Assembly: GCA_040403885.1 (NCBI GenBank)
Contig: JBBAJX010000008.1
Location: 13,169 to 77,168 of the forward strand
Reading direction: 5' to 3'
Length of the DNA: 64,000 nt
Source: Sediminibacterium sp.
GTDB lineage: Bacteria > Bacteroidota > Bacteroidia > Chitinophagales > Chitinophagaceae
Below the pieces are notes generated by a model. It did not search any database. It was not told the origin of the DNA and worked only from the letters and a program-made list of their open reading frames with translations. This document shows, piece after piece, positions 20,470 to 30,677 of this stretch (its first letter is position 1; every line of letters starts with the position of its first letter). The translations under genes and the position numbers were made by a program.

Positions 20470-20522
20470 CTTAGTTGTTTACTTGATTGGGTTGTTTATT
20501 TATTGGAGAGACTACTGCAAAA

Positions 20523-21446
20523 TTATTGCTTTATCCTGTAATTTATTATAAGAATAGAACCAATTATAGCAGGTAATAAAAAATTAACAACCCAAATGAT
20601 GGTACTTACAGAAATTAGCATTAGACTATTGTCATAAAAAGGACTTAATAATAAAACAATAAGCTGCCCTCTTATTACCACATCCGTCATAGCAATGGAA
20701 GGAATTAGACTTAAGCAAAAAAACAAGACCGACAAGGCCACCCAAAGATCCAGCGTGCCAATGGGTATATTAAATATTTTAACCACCCAGGTATATTGTA
20801 GTATAAAAACGCAATATTTTAAAAAAGCAAATAAGACCAATTGACCCTTTAATTTAGTTTTAATTTGCAGTAAGGATAGCTTTTTTAGCCAGCCTGTAAA
20901 ATTACCTGGATGAAAATAAATGACCCAGGCAACAGCTACAATAAAAGGCCCCACATATTTTAACCAAGGTAAAAAAGGGAGGTTATAAAATAGGCCAATA
21001 CTTCCAAAAAATAAAGTAATTAATAACTGCGCATAGGATGCCCAAGCCATTTGAGCCAGCCCTTTTAATTTATTACCCGGTGCTAAGAATAAAATTCTAC
21101 CTACATAATCACCGGATCTAGCGGGGGTAAAAAAGGCGAAAGCCTGGCCTACTAAAACAGATTTAAAAGATTTTAAAATAGAAGTAGGATTTAATTCCGC
21201 AAGCACCAACTTCCATTTAATGGATTCCATTAAATAATTTAAAACAAATAAGATAATTAAGACAGCCCACTGAAAAAAGCCAATGGTATAAAATTGTTGC
21301 TTGATTTGATCCCCGAATTGATTTAGGTTATCATTAGAAGCTACTTTATTATAAATAGCCACTGCACATACAAGGAACAAAATAAATCCAATAGAATTAT
21401 TAAGGGTGGTTCTTATTTTTTTGAAGCGCTCTTGATTCATTGCCAC
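20523..21446 (-). CDS. Lysylphosphatidylglycerol-synthase TM / flippase-like membrane protein; likely start ATG 21440
   Basis: ESIKWK, FTPARSGDYVGR; multiple TM segments. Confidence 0.75.
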   Translation of the reverse strand: MAMNQERFKKIRTTLNNSIGFILFLVCAVAIYNKVASNDNLNQFGDQIKQQFYTIGFFQWAVLIILFVLNYLMESIKWKLVLAELNPTSILKSFKSVLVGQAFAFFTPARSGDYVGRILFLAPGNKLKGLAQMAWASYAQLLITLFFGSIGLFYNLPFLPWLKYVGPFIVAVAWVIYFHPGNFTGWLKKLSLLQIKTKLKGQLVLFAFLKYCVFILQYTWVVKIFNIPIGTLDLWVALSVLFFCLSLIPSIAMTDVVIRGQLIVLLLSPFYDNSLMLISVSTIIWVVNFLLPAIIGSILIINYRIKQ

Positions 21447-22072
21447 AAAGTTCGGAATTTGCTATGATATATGTAACTTTAATGTGCATGTCAAAAACAC
21501 CCATTATTTTAGGAATTGATCCAGGCACCCAAATACTAGGGTATGCAATTTTAAAAGGGGGCCCAAAGCCTGCTCTCATTACAATGGATGTCTTAAAAAT
21601 GACTAAGGAAAAAGACATTTATGCAAGGCTTCAAATGATACATGCTAGAATCATTGAATTAATAGAAACCTATCAGCCCACACATTTTGCCATTGAAGCA
21701 CCTTTTTTTGGCAAGAATATACAAAGTATGTTAAAGCTTGGTCGTGCACAAGGCGTTGCCATAGCAGCGGCCATGCATTTTAAAATTCCCGTGACCGAAT
21801 ATGCGCCTAAAAAAGTAAAGCAATCTATTACGGGTAATGGCAATGCCGATAAAGAAATGATTTGGAAAATGTTGGAGCGTATTTTAGTTATTAAAAAACA
21901 GCCTAAATACTATGATGCTACCGATGCCTTAGGTGTTGCCCTTTGTCATCATTATCAAATTAGTGGTTTAATACTACCTGCTGCAAAAATTGTAAAAGGA
22001 AAAAAGTCTTCTAAAAAAGCCAATAGTTGGGAGGCCTTTCTTACTAAAAATCCGGAGCGACTAAAAAAATAG
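21440..22072 (+). CDS. ruvC: Holliday junction resolvase RuvC; likely start ATG 21488
   Basis: ILGIDPG, AIEAPFFGKN, LGRAQGVA, GNGNADKE, DATDALGVA. Confidence 0.96.
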   Translation: MPQSSEFAMIYVTLMCMSKTPIILGIDPGTQILGYAILKGGPKPALITMDVLKMTKEKDIYARLQMIHARIIELIETYQPTHFAIEAPFFGKNIQSMLKLGRAQGVAIAAAMHFKIPVTEYAPKKVKQSITGNGNADKEMIWKMLERILVIKKQPKYYDATDALGVALCHHYQISGLILPAAKIVKGKKSSKKANSWEAFLTKNPERLKK

Positions 22073-22079
22073 CCCCCAT

Positions 22080-22469
22080 TTATAATTTACTTATAATTAA
22101 ATTTTGAATGGCTATAAACTCTTCTGTACTTAAAGAAAGTTTAGGCTGAGAGAATTCCATATCAGCAGCTGCATTAATAGGTATTAAATGTAAATGCGCA
22201 TGAGGCACTTCTAAACCTACAGTAACCATAGCTACTCTATTACAAGTAAAACTTTTTTCAATGGCCGCTGCAATGGGCTTGGCGAATATTAATAATTCAC
22301 TTAGATAAGTATCTGGCAGCTCAAATATTTTATCTACTTCTATTTTAGGTACTATTAAGGTATGTCCTTTTTGCAAAGGAAAGATATCTAAAAAAGCATA
22401 AAACTTTTCTGACTGCGCAATTGTATAAGAAGGAATATCGCCATTGATAATTTTAGAAAAAAGAGTCAT
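22080..22469 (-). CDS. HIT family hydrolase
   Basis: AFLDIFP..KGHTLIVPK; HAHLHLIP histidine triad. Confidence 0.93.
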   Translation of the reverse strand: MTLFSKIINGDIPSYTIAQSEKFYAFLDIFPLQKGHTLIVPKIEVDKIFELPDTYLSELLIFAKPIAAAIEKSFTCNRVAMVTVGLEVPHAHLHLIPINAAADMEFSQPKLSLSTEEFIAIQNLIISKL

Positions 22470-22494
22470 GGCTTTTATTTATTTTGATGCTAAT

Positions 22495-22971
22495 TTATAC
22501 TGTAATATTATCTACTACAAATTTCATCACACCGTTGGGTGCTTGAATTTCTGCTAGCTCTCCTACTTTTTTTCCAATCAAACCTTTTCCAATAGGTGAA
22601 GAAGCAGAAATTTTACCGGCTTTTAAATCGGCTTCTTTTTCTCCTACTAATTGATAAGTCATTGTTTTTTTAGTAGCCTGATTAGTAATAGTAACCTTCG
22701 TTAAAATAGTTACCTTACTTGTATCAATGGTACTTGTATCTACTATTTTAGCATTAGAAATAGCCGATTCTAATTGTTTAATTTTCGCTTCCAGCATTCC
22801 TTGCGCTTCTTTAGCAGAATCGTATTCAGCATTTTCTTTTAAGTCCCCTTTTTCTCTCGCTTCTCCAATAGCTCTAGAAGCAGCCGGACGCTCTACCGAC
22901 TTCATCTTTTGTAATTGCTCACGCATTTTATCAAAAGTATCTTGGGTGACATATACTGTAGTATCGCTCAT
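22495..22971 (-). CDS. greA: Transcription elongation factor GreA
   Basis: GDLKENAEYDSAKEAQ, ISASSPIGKGL. Confidence 0.96.
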   Translation of the reverse strand: MSDTTVYVTQDTFDKMREQLQKMKSVERPAASRAIGEAREKGDLKENAEYDSAKEAQGMLEAKIKQLESAISNAKIVDTSTIDTSKVTILTKVTITNQATKKTMTYQLVGEKEADLKAGKISASSPIGKGLIGKKVGELAEIQAPNGVMKFVVDNITV

Positions 22972-22988
22972 ATGCTTAGTTTAGTTAT

Positions 22989-23021
22989 AAAAAAATACAA
23001 CGCCACATAAGTGAGGCGTTG
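22989..23021 (-). terminator. Intrinsic terminator-like hairpin inside the predicted greA 5' leader
   Basis: Minus strand: GCAACGCC-TCACTTATGT-GGCGTTGT followed by A and T7. Confidence 0.7.
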
Positions 23022-23028
23022 CATATTA

Positions 23029-23036
23029 CAAAGATA
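23029..23036 (-). promoter_or_regulatory. greA -7 promoter element
   Basis: TATCTTTG on the minus strand, between the upstream stop (23048) and the hairpin. Confidence 0.7.
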
Positions 23037-23047
23037 TAAAATATTGC

Positions 23048-23986
23048 TTAAATGATACCTAATTTTTCCAATAGAACTTTAGACATTTTATAGTAGGCTT
23101 CCTGGCTATAGCCTGCAATATGGGGGGTTAATATGAAATTAGGATACATCATAAGTGCTTCTAAAACAGCCTTTTCTTGCGCTGTATGAAGGCTAATGGG
23201 CTCCTTTTCTAGCACATCAATACCAGCCCCTCTAATTTGCTTATTTTGCAATGCTTTTAACAAAGCGTTGGCATCGGTAACGGCCCCTCTGCAAGTGCTT
23301 ATAAAATAAGGCTTCTTTTGAAGGCCGCTAAAAAAGGCTTCATTGGCATAATAATGTGTGAGGGTGCTAAGAGGCAAATGCAAGCTAATGACATCGGCCT
23401 TTTCTTGAATCATTTTAAGTGTTGCGGATTTTATTTGCGCTGTCTCAAATCCTGTTTTATAGATATCGTGTGCTAAAATTTCTACATCAAATCCAGACAA
23501 TACTTTTGCAAAAGCAGCTCCTGTATTACCCAGCCCAATAATGCCCACTGTTTTTCCTGTTAGCTCATCAGCTCTATTGGCATCACGTATCCATTTGCCT
23601 TCTTTCACTTCTGTATAAGCACTATGAATGCGGTTCATTAAACTTAATAATAAACCTAGGGCATGTTCTCCCACTGTGGTTCTGTTTCCTTCAGGACTAC
23701 TTACACATAGTATGTTTTTAGCTGCTGCAAATTCAGTATCAATTAATTCCATACCACTTCCAATACGGCCTATCCATTGTAATTGATTCGCTTTTGCTAA
23801 AATACTGGCATCTATTTTTAAACGCGTAGTTACAATTAATCCACTAGCTGTATCAATACAATCCATTAAGGTTTCATAGCTAATGGTGGGTTCGTATTGA
23901 ATAGTATACCCTTTTTCTTGAAAAGTATCTAATAAAAAAGCATGCACGGGTGCTGTTATAATTATTTTTAGAGCCATCTTATTCAA
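23048..23986 (-). CDS. D-isomer-specific 2-hydroxyacid dehydrogenase
   Basis: GKTVGIIGLGNTG, ISLHLP, IDVLEKEP, LTPHIAG; no ACT domain. Confidence 0.9.
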   Translation of the reverse strand: MNKMALKIIITAPVHAFLLDTFQEKGYTIQYEPTISYETLMDCIDTASGLIVTTRLKIDASILAKANQLQWIGRIGSGMELIDTEFAAAKNILCVSSPEGNRTTVGEHALGLLLSLMNRIHSAYTEVKEGKWIRDANRADELTGKTVGIIGLGNTGAAFAKVLSGFDVEILAHDIYKTGFETAQIKSATLKMIQEKADVISLHLPLSTLTHYYANEAFFSGLQKKPYFISTCRGAVTDANALLKALQNKQIRGAGIDVLEKEPISLHTAQEKAVLEALMMYPNFILTPHIAGYSQEAYYKMSKVLLEKLGII

Positions 23987-24740
23987 TATGCATTTTAAAA
24001 GTTAAGTCAGCATAGTCATCATAGGTAAGGTTTTCGGCTCTTTTGGTAAATAGCGGGTCCTGCAATTGCGCCGCACTAAAATAAGGCTTTAATGGATTTC
24101 TTAACATTTTTCTTCTTTGCCCAAATGCCATTTTAACAATATGATAAAATAGTTTTTCAGAAACAAATTTCGGAAAATTATCTTTTCTAGTCAATTGAAT
24201 CACTCCACTCATTACTTTAGGAGGAGGGGTAAATGCAGTAGGTGGCACATCAAATAAGTAAGTAACATCGTAAAATGCTTGTGTTAAAACACTTAGTATT
24301 CCATAAGCCTTTGAATTAGGCTTGGCTGCTATTCTTTCTGCCACTTCTTTTTGAAACATACCCACCATCATAGGCACTTGCTCTTTCCACTCTAAAATTT
24401 TAAAAACAATTTGCGTAGAAATATTATAAGGGAAATTACCCACCACCACAAAATCATTGTCAAAGGGAATGGCCGCCTCTAAAATATCGGCAAGTATTAA
24501 TTTGTCTTTTAATGCGGGGTATTCAGTACTTAAAAAAGCCACTTTTTCTCGGTCTAATTCAATGGCTTTAAATGACTGCGTTGGAATATCTTGAATATAC
24601 TTCGTTAAAGCTCCTGCTCCTGGGCCTACTTCAAGCAACCTCTCAATAGGCTGCGCTAGCAATACTGCCTGAATATCCTTACAAACTTGAGCGTCATTTA
24701 GAAAATGCTGCCCCAATGATTTTTTTAGCGTGTATTGCAT
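23979..24740 (-). CDS. rsmA: 16S rRNA dimethyltransferase RsmA/KsgA
   Basis: KKSLGQHFL, EVGPGAGALT, VGNFPYNIS, MFQKEVAERI. Confidence 0.97.
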   Translation of the reverse strand: MQYTLKKSLGQHFLNDAQVCKDIQAVLLAQPIERLLEVGPGAGALTKYIQDIPTQSFKAIELDREKVAFLSTEYPALKDKLILADILEAAIPFDNDFVVVGNFPYNISTQIVFKILEWKEQVPMMVGMFQKEVAERIAAKPNSKAYGILSVLTQAFYDVTYLFDVPPTAFTPPPKVMSGVIQLTRKDNFPKFVSEKLFYHIVKMAFGQRRKMLRNPLKPYFSAAQLQDPLFTKRAENLTYDDYADLTFKMHIE

Positions 24741-24744
24741 GAGG

Positions 24745-24752
24745 CAAAGTTA
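24745..24752 (-). promoter_or_regulatory. rsmA -7 element, only 4 nt before ATG
   Basis: TAACTTTG-CCTC-ATG on the minus strand. Confidence 0.7.
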
Positions 24753-24757
24753 GGTTT

Positions 24758-25879
24758 TTGTGCGTACTTTTACAGCCTAATCAAATGGATATGAACCCTG
24801 ACATCAGAAAACCAATTATAGGCTTTACCTGCGGCGATTTAAACGGCATTGGCATTGAATTAATCATCAAATCTCTATCCGATAGCCGCCTATTAGATTT
24901 TATTGTGCCTGTGGTTTTTGCTAATAATAAATCTATTAATTTCTATAGAAAGGGACTACCGGAATATGCCATTAACTTTGCAGCAGCTACCGACCTCTCT
25001 AAATTAAATACCAAGCAAGTGAACTTAGTCAACTGCTGGGAAGAAGAAGTAGCAATTACCCCTGGCGAAATGTCTGAAATTGGAGGAAAATATGCATTGA
25101 TTTCTTTAGAAGCTGCCGTGGCTGCTTTAAAAAATAAACAAATAGACGGACTAGTAACCGCCCCTATTCATAAAAAAAGTATTCAATCCCCTAATTTTAA
25201 TTTTAGTGGACATACCCCTTATTTACAAGATGCTTTTGGGAATATTGAAAACTTGATGCTATTAGTTGCCGATAATTTAAGAATGGCACTTGTTACCGAG
25301 CATGTAACTATACAAGAAGTAGGCAAGCATATTACCAAGGATAAAATAAAACAAAAGCTAAGTATTTTAAATAGTAGTTTGAAAAAAGATTTTGGCATTG
25401 ATGCACCACGCATTGCTGTTTTAGCATTGAACCCACATGCAGGCGATGAAGGTTTAATTGGTAAAGAAGAAATTGAAATTATCAAGCCTGCCATTAAAGA
25501 AAGCAAACAACAAATGCTAGTTTACGGACCTTACTCTGCAGATGCGTTTTTTGCAAGAGGTGCACATGAAAAATTTGATGGTGTACTTGCTATGTATCAT
25601 GATCAAGGCCTTATACCCTTTAAATCATTGGCATTTGGTGAGGGTGTCAATTTTACCGCAGGGCTTCCTATTGTAAGAACTAGTCCAGACCATGGCACTG
25701 CATTTGATATTGCTGGAAAAAATAAGGCCGATGCAGGCTCTTTTATAGCAAGTATATTTGAATGTGCTAGAATTATACATGCAAGACAAGGCTATACAGA
25801 TATGCGCCTAAACCCACTTAAAAAAATAAGTGCTAAAATGTTTGCAGGCGCCGTTGATGAAAGATTATATGAAAATTAA
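24758..25879 (+). CDS. pdxA: 4-hydroxythreonine-4-phosphate dehydrogenase; likely start ATG 24785 or 24791
   Basis: CGDLNGIGIE, LVTAPIHK, GHT, LNPHAGD, AMYHDQGL, RTSPDHGTAFDIAG. Confidence 0.96.
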   Translation: MCVLLQPNQMDMNPDIRKPIIGFTCGDLNGIGIELIIKSLSDSRLLDFIVPVVFANNKSINFYRKGLPEYAINFAAATDLSKLNTKQVNLVNCWEEEVAITPGEMSEIGGKYALISLEAAVAALKNKQIDGLVTAPIHKKSIQSPNFNFSGHTPYLQDAFGNIENLMLLVADNLRMALVTEHVTIQEVGKHITKDKIKQKLSILNSSLKKDFGIDAPRIAVLALNPHAGDEGLIGKEEIEIIKPAIKESKQQMLVYGPYSADAFFARGAHEKFDGVLAMYHDQGLIPFKSLAFGEGVNFTAGLPIVRTSPDHGTAFDIAGKNKADAGSFIASIFECARIIHARQGYTDMRLNPLKKISAKMFAGAVDERLYEN

Positions 25880-26508
25880 AAAGGACATGCTTTTTTTAAT
25901 TGCACTAAGGATTGAAAACCCCAAGATGGCTGCAGTGAATTTGATTTAGTTTGAGTATTAAAACACAATTCTGCTTTTTCAATCAATGGCTTTACTGACT
26001 TACACCCACCACCAAATATAAAAGGTATTTTTTGTTGGATATTGGCTTCCAAAACATAGGCCCTAGGATTATTTGGATTCAACTTCTTAGCAAGGCTTAA
26101 GGCTTTTTTAATTTTACCTTCATAGCTAAACCACCTCAATGTAGGATTCACTGACATCTTTGCAGTATAGGCTAAACTTTCTGCGCAATACACTTCGTCA
26201 TTCGCCATAATAGATTTCGCCCTACCCACCCATAATAAAGCATCATTGGCTAGCACATCTTTATCGCCCATTTTCAAAAGACACATGATAGATCTAGTCA
26301 TTCCAGCATAATAAGGGATTAACCAATTGGTTTTATTAACAGTATAAAGTTGTTCAAATTGTAGATACAATTCTTGATAGTTTAGGTTTTTATTTGCCTG
26401 ATTGAATTGCATGACAGCTATCTCCAAAGTTTTATTTGTACTGTTTACCTGCGCTTGCACCTTCAAAAAGCAAATTGAAAAAAATAAAATAAATAAATAA
26501 CTACGCAT
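25876..26508 (-). CDS. Hypothetical exported helical (TPR-like) protein
   Basis: Signal peptide ending VQA-Q; helical pattern with LNPNNPRAYVL. Confidence 0.7.
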   Translation of the reverse strand: MRSYLFILFFSICFLKVQAQVNSTNKTLEIAVMQFNQANKNLNYQELYLQFEQLYTVNKTNWLIPYYAGMTRSIMCLLKMGDKDVLANDALLWVGRAKSIMANDEVYCAESLAYTAKMSVNPTLRWFSYEGKIKKALSLAKKLNPNNPRAYVLEANIQQKIPFIFGGGCKSVKPLIEKAELCFNTQTKSNSLQPSWGFQSLVQLKKACPF

Positions 26509-26510
26509 AG

Positions 26511-27221
26511 TTAAAAAATATTATTAGGTATGCCTTTATTAATCGTATACTTAGAATAAGTGATTTCTATAGTCCCTTTTTTATTTTTAAGGGCCTTTTG
26601 TTTAGCCGTTGGGTCTTCGTCTCCAAATTCTAAAGTAATACCATTCGGTAATTTATAATCTTTAGTGTTAAAACTAAAAACAATTTTACTAGCTAGACCC
26701 TCTTTAGCGTAATCGCCATATTGCATGGTAATTTCATAACTACCGTTTTCCTTCGTGGTAGTAGCAGTCTTATATACTAAGGCTTCTACCGGATCAATCC
26801 ATAAAGTAGAAATAACCCAGTCTAGGTTATCGTCTGTTGGAATTAATTTAATTACCGTTAAATTCTTACCATTCAATACCTGGTTGCCTGCGGGTATAGT
26901 GGTATACTGCTTTGTATTTAATAAAGTATTAATAGTAAGCGATACCCCACCTCTTGGTAATAAGGAAATACCCCCTTCTTTTTTTACTTTTAATAAATTG
27001 GGTTTTTTAAAATACACTTTCACTTTCCCTAAAGAGGCCTTGATAAAAGCAACATCTGTTTTCATGACCGCTTCCGCAACATAGTCGTTTACCTGTGCTA
27101 GTTTTTGACTTACCTTTTCAATCAAGGGATCGGTTTGCGCCATCGCATTCACCGATAAAAATAAAAGGAAGGCGAAAGCCAAAAAGTAACATACAATATT
27201 TTTAAAATTTTTCGGGTACAT
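26511..27221 (-). CDS. LolA-like / lipoprotein-sorting fold periplasmic protein
   Basis: Signal peptide ending AMA-Q; VYFKKPNLLKV (LolA-like xKPN strand), TLWIDP; beta-rich. Confidence 0.65.
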   Translation of the reverse strand: MYPKNFKNIVCYFLAFAFLLFLSVNAMAQTDPLIEKVSQKLAQVNDYVAEAVMKTDVAFIKASLGKVKVYFKKPNLLKVKKEGGISLLPRGGVSLTINTLLNTKQYTTIPAGNQVLNGKNLTVIKLIPTDDNLDWVISTLWIDPVEALVYKTATTTKENGSYEITMQYGDYAKEGLASKIVFSFNTKDYKLPNGITLEFGDEDPTAKQKALKNKKGTIEITYSKYTINKGIPNNIF

Positions 27222-27222
27222 C

Positions 27223-28098
27223 TTAACTTAATATATCTTTTTTCTTAATAATAATAACAGAGGCCGTTACAAATAAAATAATGTGCAGGGTTAATACTAT
27301 TATAGAGGTTTTAATTTTAGGTATATTTAAAATACTCCCTCTAATAGCTTCATTGTCTAGATTCACTTTAATATCAAAAAATTCTTTCCAGTTATTCATA
27401 TGGGTAGTGAATAAATAAGGCTTCACTACATTGAATAAAGGAATATTTAAAGTGCTTAGAATGGTAAAAAAAACAATAGCGCTCATGGTACCTACAATGG
27501 GTCCAATGGAATTACTAGACAAACTTGACATTAGAAAACCAAGGCTGGTAACGGTTAACAAAGAAAAGCTAGCAAATACAAAGGCGCCTACATATCTCCA
27601 CAAAACATCTGACTGCTCTATTAATACTACATAATTAGACTTCATTAAAAATAAATCATCGGTGCCAAATATCCACATACTTACAAAAAGTGCTAAGAAG
27701 GCTAGCCATATTAAAAGTAAAATAGTATACATACTAGCTGCAATAAACTTGGCAAGTACCCAATGCGTTCTACTATAAGGCGAGCTGAATAATAAACGAA
27801 GCGTGCCTAAATTGGCTTCACCGGAAATCATGTCAGCAGCAATTAAGGCTACCAGCAAGGGCACATGAACTAATAATAATTGTAATAAAATATAACAAAT
27901 TAAATAGCCATTCAATACTTTACCATCGACCGTTAGAGTATCGTTGATATCCTTCATAAGAAAACCTGCATAAGTATCCCCATCAATTTTTAATCCAAAT
28001 TGAATGACCACAATCAGCACCGCTACGGCTCCAAAAGCAATATAGGTTCTAGGGCGTCTAAATATTTTATATAATTCTATTTGTATAAGCGACCACAT
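27223..28098 (-). CDS. ABC-2 type transporter permease
   Basis: ELYKIFRR N-terminus; ISGEANLGTLRLL...SR...LAKF; six TM segments. Confidence 0.88.
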   Translation of the reverse strand: MWSLIQIELYKIFRRPRTYIAFGAVAVLIVVIQFGLKIDGDTYAGFLMKDINDTLTVDGKVLNGYLICYILLQLLLVHVPLLVALIAADMISGEANLGTLRLLFSSPYSRTHWVLAKFIAASMYTILLLIWLAFLALFVSMWIFGTDDLFLMKSNYVVLIEQSDVLWRYVGAFVFASFSLLTVTSLGFLMSSLSSNSIGPIVGTMSAIVFFTILSTLNIPLFNVVKPYLFTTHMNNWKEFFDIKVNLDNEAIRGSILNIPKIKTSIIVLTLHIILFVTASVIIIKKKDILS

Positions 28099-28100
28099 AG

Positions 28101-29036
28101 CTAAGCGTTTGAAGTAATTTGTAAAAAATAATCTTCTAAAGAATTCTTGGTTTCGATACCCAAGACCGCAATCCCTGACTGGACAAGGCTTTCATTAAGC
28201 ATAGAAATAGCACTGGTGGGTAATTTTAAAAAAATACCTTCTTTTCTGCTAAGTAAGTATTGACTAAACCCACCTGCCACAATAATTGACAAGGCCTTTA
28301 CATCATCCATTGTTTTTATTTGTACAATTCTTTTTTCAGGATCTAATAATTCTTTAGTCACCCCTTCTACCATTTTTTTACCCTGATGTATAATTAATAT
28401 CTGATGCGCCACTTGTTCTATTTCAGAAAGTAAATGAGAAGAAACAAATACAGTCTTGCCTTCCTCTTTGGCTAAATGCTGTATGAGTGCTCGAATATCT
28501 GCAATACCTTGAGGATCTAGTCCATTGGTAGGTTCGTCTAATATAATTAAACTTGGATTATGCACCAGCGCAATGGCAATGCCTAAACGCTGCTTCATCC
28601 CTAATGAAAATGTTTGTACTTTATCTTGGGAACGATTCGATAAGCCTACTTGCTCTAAGGTTTTGGTAATACTTATGGCAGCTACTTTTTGCTTTCTTAC
28701 TTTAGCAAATAACTGTAAATGTTCTGTAGCACTTAAATAAGGGTATAAGTCGGGCCTTTCAATAATAGCACCCACTTTTTCTAAAATAGAGGCTCTATTT
28801 TTTTGTATCGACTTTCCAAATAGCTCAATGTTTCCACTACTGGGATGGATCAAAGACAATAACATACGAATGGTGGTGCTTTTCCCAGACCCGTTTTGAC
28901 CCAAAAAGCCAAAGACCTGTCCTGCCTCTACTTCAAAGCTGAGGTCATCCACTGCTTTCAGTGCACCAAAATTTTTACTAATATTTTCTACTTTAATAAC
29001 TGCCATACTATGTTTATAACAAAAAACCCCAAACAT
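28101..29036 (-). CDS. ABC-2 type transporter ATP-binding protein; likely start ATG 29006
   Basis: GQNGSGKST, FSLGMKQRLGIA, LDEPTNGLDP, SSHLLSE. Confidence 0.93.
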   Translation of the reverse strand: MFGVFCYKHSMAVIKVENISKNFGALKAVDDLSFEVEAGQVFGFLGQNGSGKSTTIRMLLSLIHPSSGNIELFGKSIQKNRASILEKVGAIIERPDLYPYLSATEHLQLFAKVRKQKVAAISITKTLEQVGLSNRSQDKVQTFSLGMKQRLGIAIALVHNPSLIILDEPTNGLDPQGIADIRALIQHLAKEEGKTVFVSSHLLSEIEQVAHQILIIHQGKKMVEGVTKELLDPEKRIVQIKTMDDVKALSIIVAGGFSQYLLSRKEGIFLKLPTSAISMLNESLVQSGIAVLGIETKNSLEDYFLQITSNA

Positions 29037-29049
29037 AGTTCGGGGTTTT
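29021..29049 (-). terminator. Intrinsic terminator after atpA
   Basis: AAAAAACCCC-AAACATAGTTC-GGGGTTTT; A/T tails on both sides. Confidence 0.75.
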
Positions 29050-29073
29050 ATATCAATTTAATATTAACTAATA

Positions 29074-30651
29074 CTATTTGTATTGAGGAATGATGCTGTT
29101 GGCTAATTCTACCATTTGCTTCAATCCATCTTCAGGTAAGTTGCCTTTCTTAAATTCAGAAAGTACATTGGGTAATTTGTTAGTCATCTCTAATAAGAAA
29201 TGAGCTTCGAATTCTTTTACCTTACGTACCGACACTTCTTTCAATAAACCATTGGTACCTAAGTAAATAATGGCTACTTGTTTTTCAACAGAGAATGGAG
29301 TGTACTGCGCTTGCTTTAAGATTTCCACGTTTCTAGCACCTTTATCAATTACCGATTTAGTAGCAGCATCTAAGTCACCACCAAATTTTGAGAAGGCTTC
29401 CAACTCACGGTATAAGGCCTGGTCTAATTTCAAAGTACCAGATACTTTTTTCATGGATTTAATTTGCGCATTACCACCCACACGACTTACAGAGATACCT
29501 ACGTTAATCGCTGGACGAATACCTGCGTTAAACAAGTTACCTTCTAAGAAGATTTGTCCGTCGGTAATAGAAATTACGTTGGTAGGAATATAGGCAGAAA
29601 CGTCACCCGCCTGTGTTTCAATAATAGGTAAGGCTGTAAGAGATCCTCCTCCTTTTACTAAATGCTTAATAGAGACTGGTAAATCGTTCATATTTTTTGC
29701 TACTTCATCATTGGCAATAACTTTTGCAGCACGCTCTAATAAACGACTATGCAAATAGAATACATCACCAGGATATGCTTCACGTCCTGGAGGGCGACGT
29801 AATAATAAAGAAACCTCACGATAAGCCACGGCTTGTTTAGATAAATCGTCATAAACAATTAATGCTGGACGACCTGTATCACGGAAGAACTCTCCAATAG
29901 CTGCACCCGCAAATGGAGCGTAGAATTGAAGTGGAGCTGGATCTGCTGCAGGAGCCGCTACAATAATAGTATAAGCCATCGCACCATTGTCTTCTAATGT
30001 TTTCATAACACCTGCAATCGTAGATGCTTTTTGTCCAATGGCTACATAAATACAATACACTGGTTTACCTGCATCAAAAAATTCTTTTTGATTGATAATG
30101 GTATCTACACAAATTGCAGTCTTACCTGTTTGACGGTCACCAATAACTAACTCACGTTGTCCACGACCAATAGGAATCATCGCATCAATGGCTTTGATAC
30201 CAGTTTGTAATGGTTCTTTAACTGGCTCACGAAAAATTACCCCTGGCGCTTTACGCTCCAAAGGCATTTCATATAAGTCACCTTTAATAGGACCCTTACC
30301 ATCGATTGGCTCCCCTAATGTATTAATAACACGACCTGTAAGACCATCTCCTACTTTAATAGAAGCAATCTCGCCTGTTCTTTTTACTTTATTTCCTTCT
30401 TTAATACCTTTACTATCACCCATCAATACCACACCCACATTGTCTTCTTCAAGGTTAAGCGCAATGGCTTTAGTGCCATTCTCAAATTCAACTAGCTCAC
30501 CACTTCTAACACCATTCAAACCATATACACGGGCAATACCATCACCCACCTGTAGTACAGTTCCTACTTCTTCTAAATCTGCAGAAGCATTAAAGTTGCT
30601 TAATTGTTGTCTAAGAATCGCCGAAATTTCATCTGGTTTAATGTCCGCCAT
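29074..30651 (-). CDS. atpA: ATP synthase F1 subunit alpha
   Basis: [46 protein letters not shown]. Confidence 0.99.
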   Translation of the reverse strand: MADIKPDEISAILRQQLSNFNASADLEEVGTVLQVGDGIARVYGLNGVRSGELVEFENGTKAIALNLEEDNVGVVLMGDSKGIKEGNKVKRTGEIASIKVGDGLTGRVINTLGEPIDGKGPIKGDLYEMPLERKAPGVIFREPVKEPLQTGIKAIDAMIPIGRGQRELVIGDRQTGKTAICVDTIINQKEFFDAGKPVYCIYVAIGQKASTIAGVMKTLEDNGAMAYTIIVAAPAADPAPLQFYAPFAGAAIGEFFRDTGRPALIVYDDLSKQAVAYREVSLLLRRPPGREAYPGDVFYLHSRLLERAAKVIANDEVAKNMNDLPVSIKHLVKGGGSLTALPIIETQAGDVSAYIPTNVISITDGQIFLEGNLFNAGIRPAINVGISVSRVGGNAQIKSMKKVSGTLKLDQALYRELEAFSKFGGDLDAATKSVIDKGARNVEILKQAQYTPFSVEKQVAIIYLGTNGLLKEVSVRKVKEFEAHFLLEMTNKLPNVLSEFKKGNLPEDGLKQMVELANSIIPQYK

Positions 30652-30677
30652 AACAGTCTATTTTAATGTATGATTAT

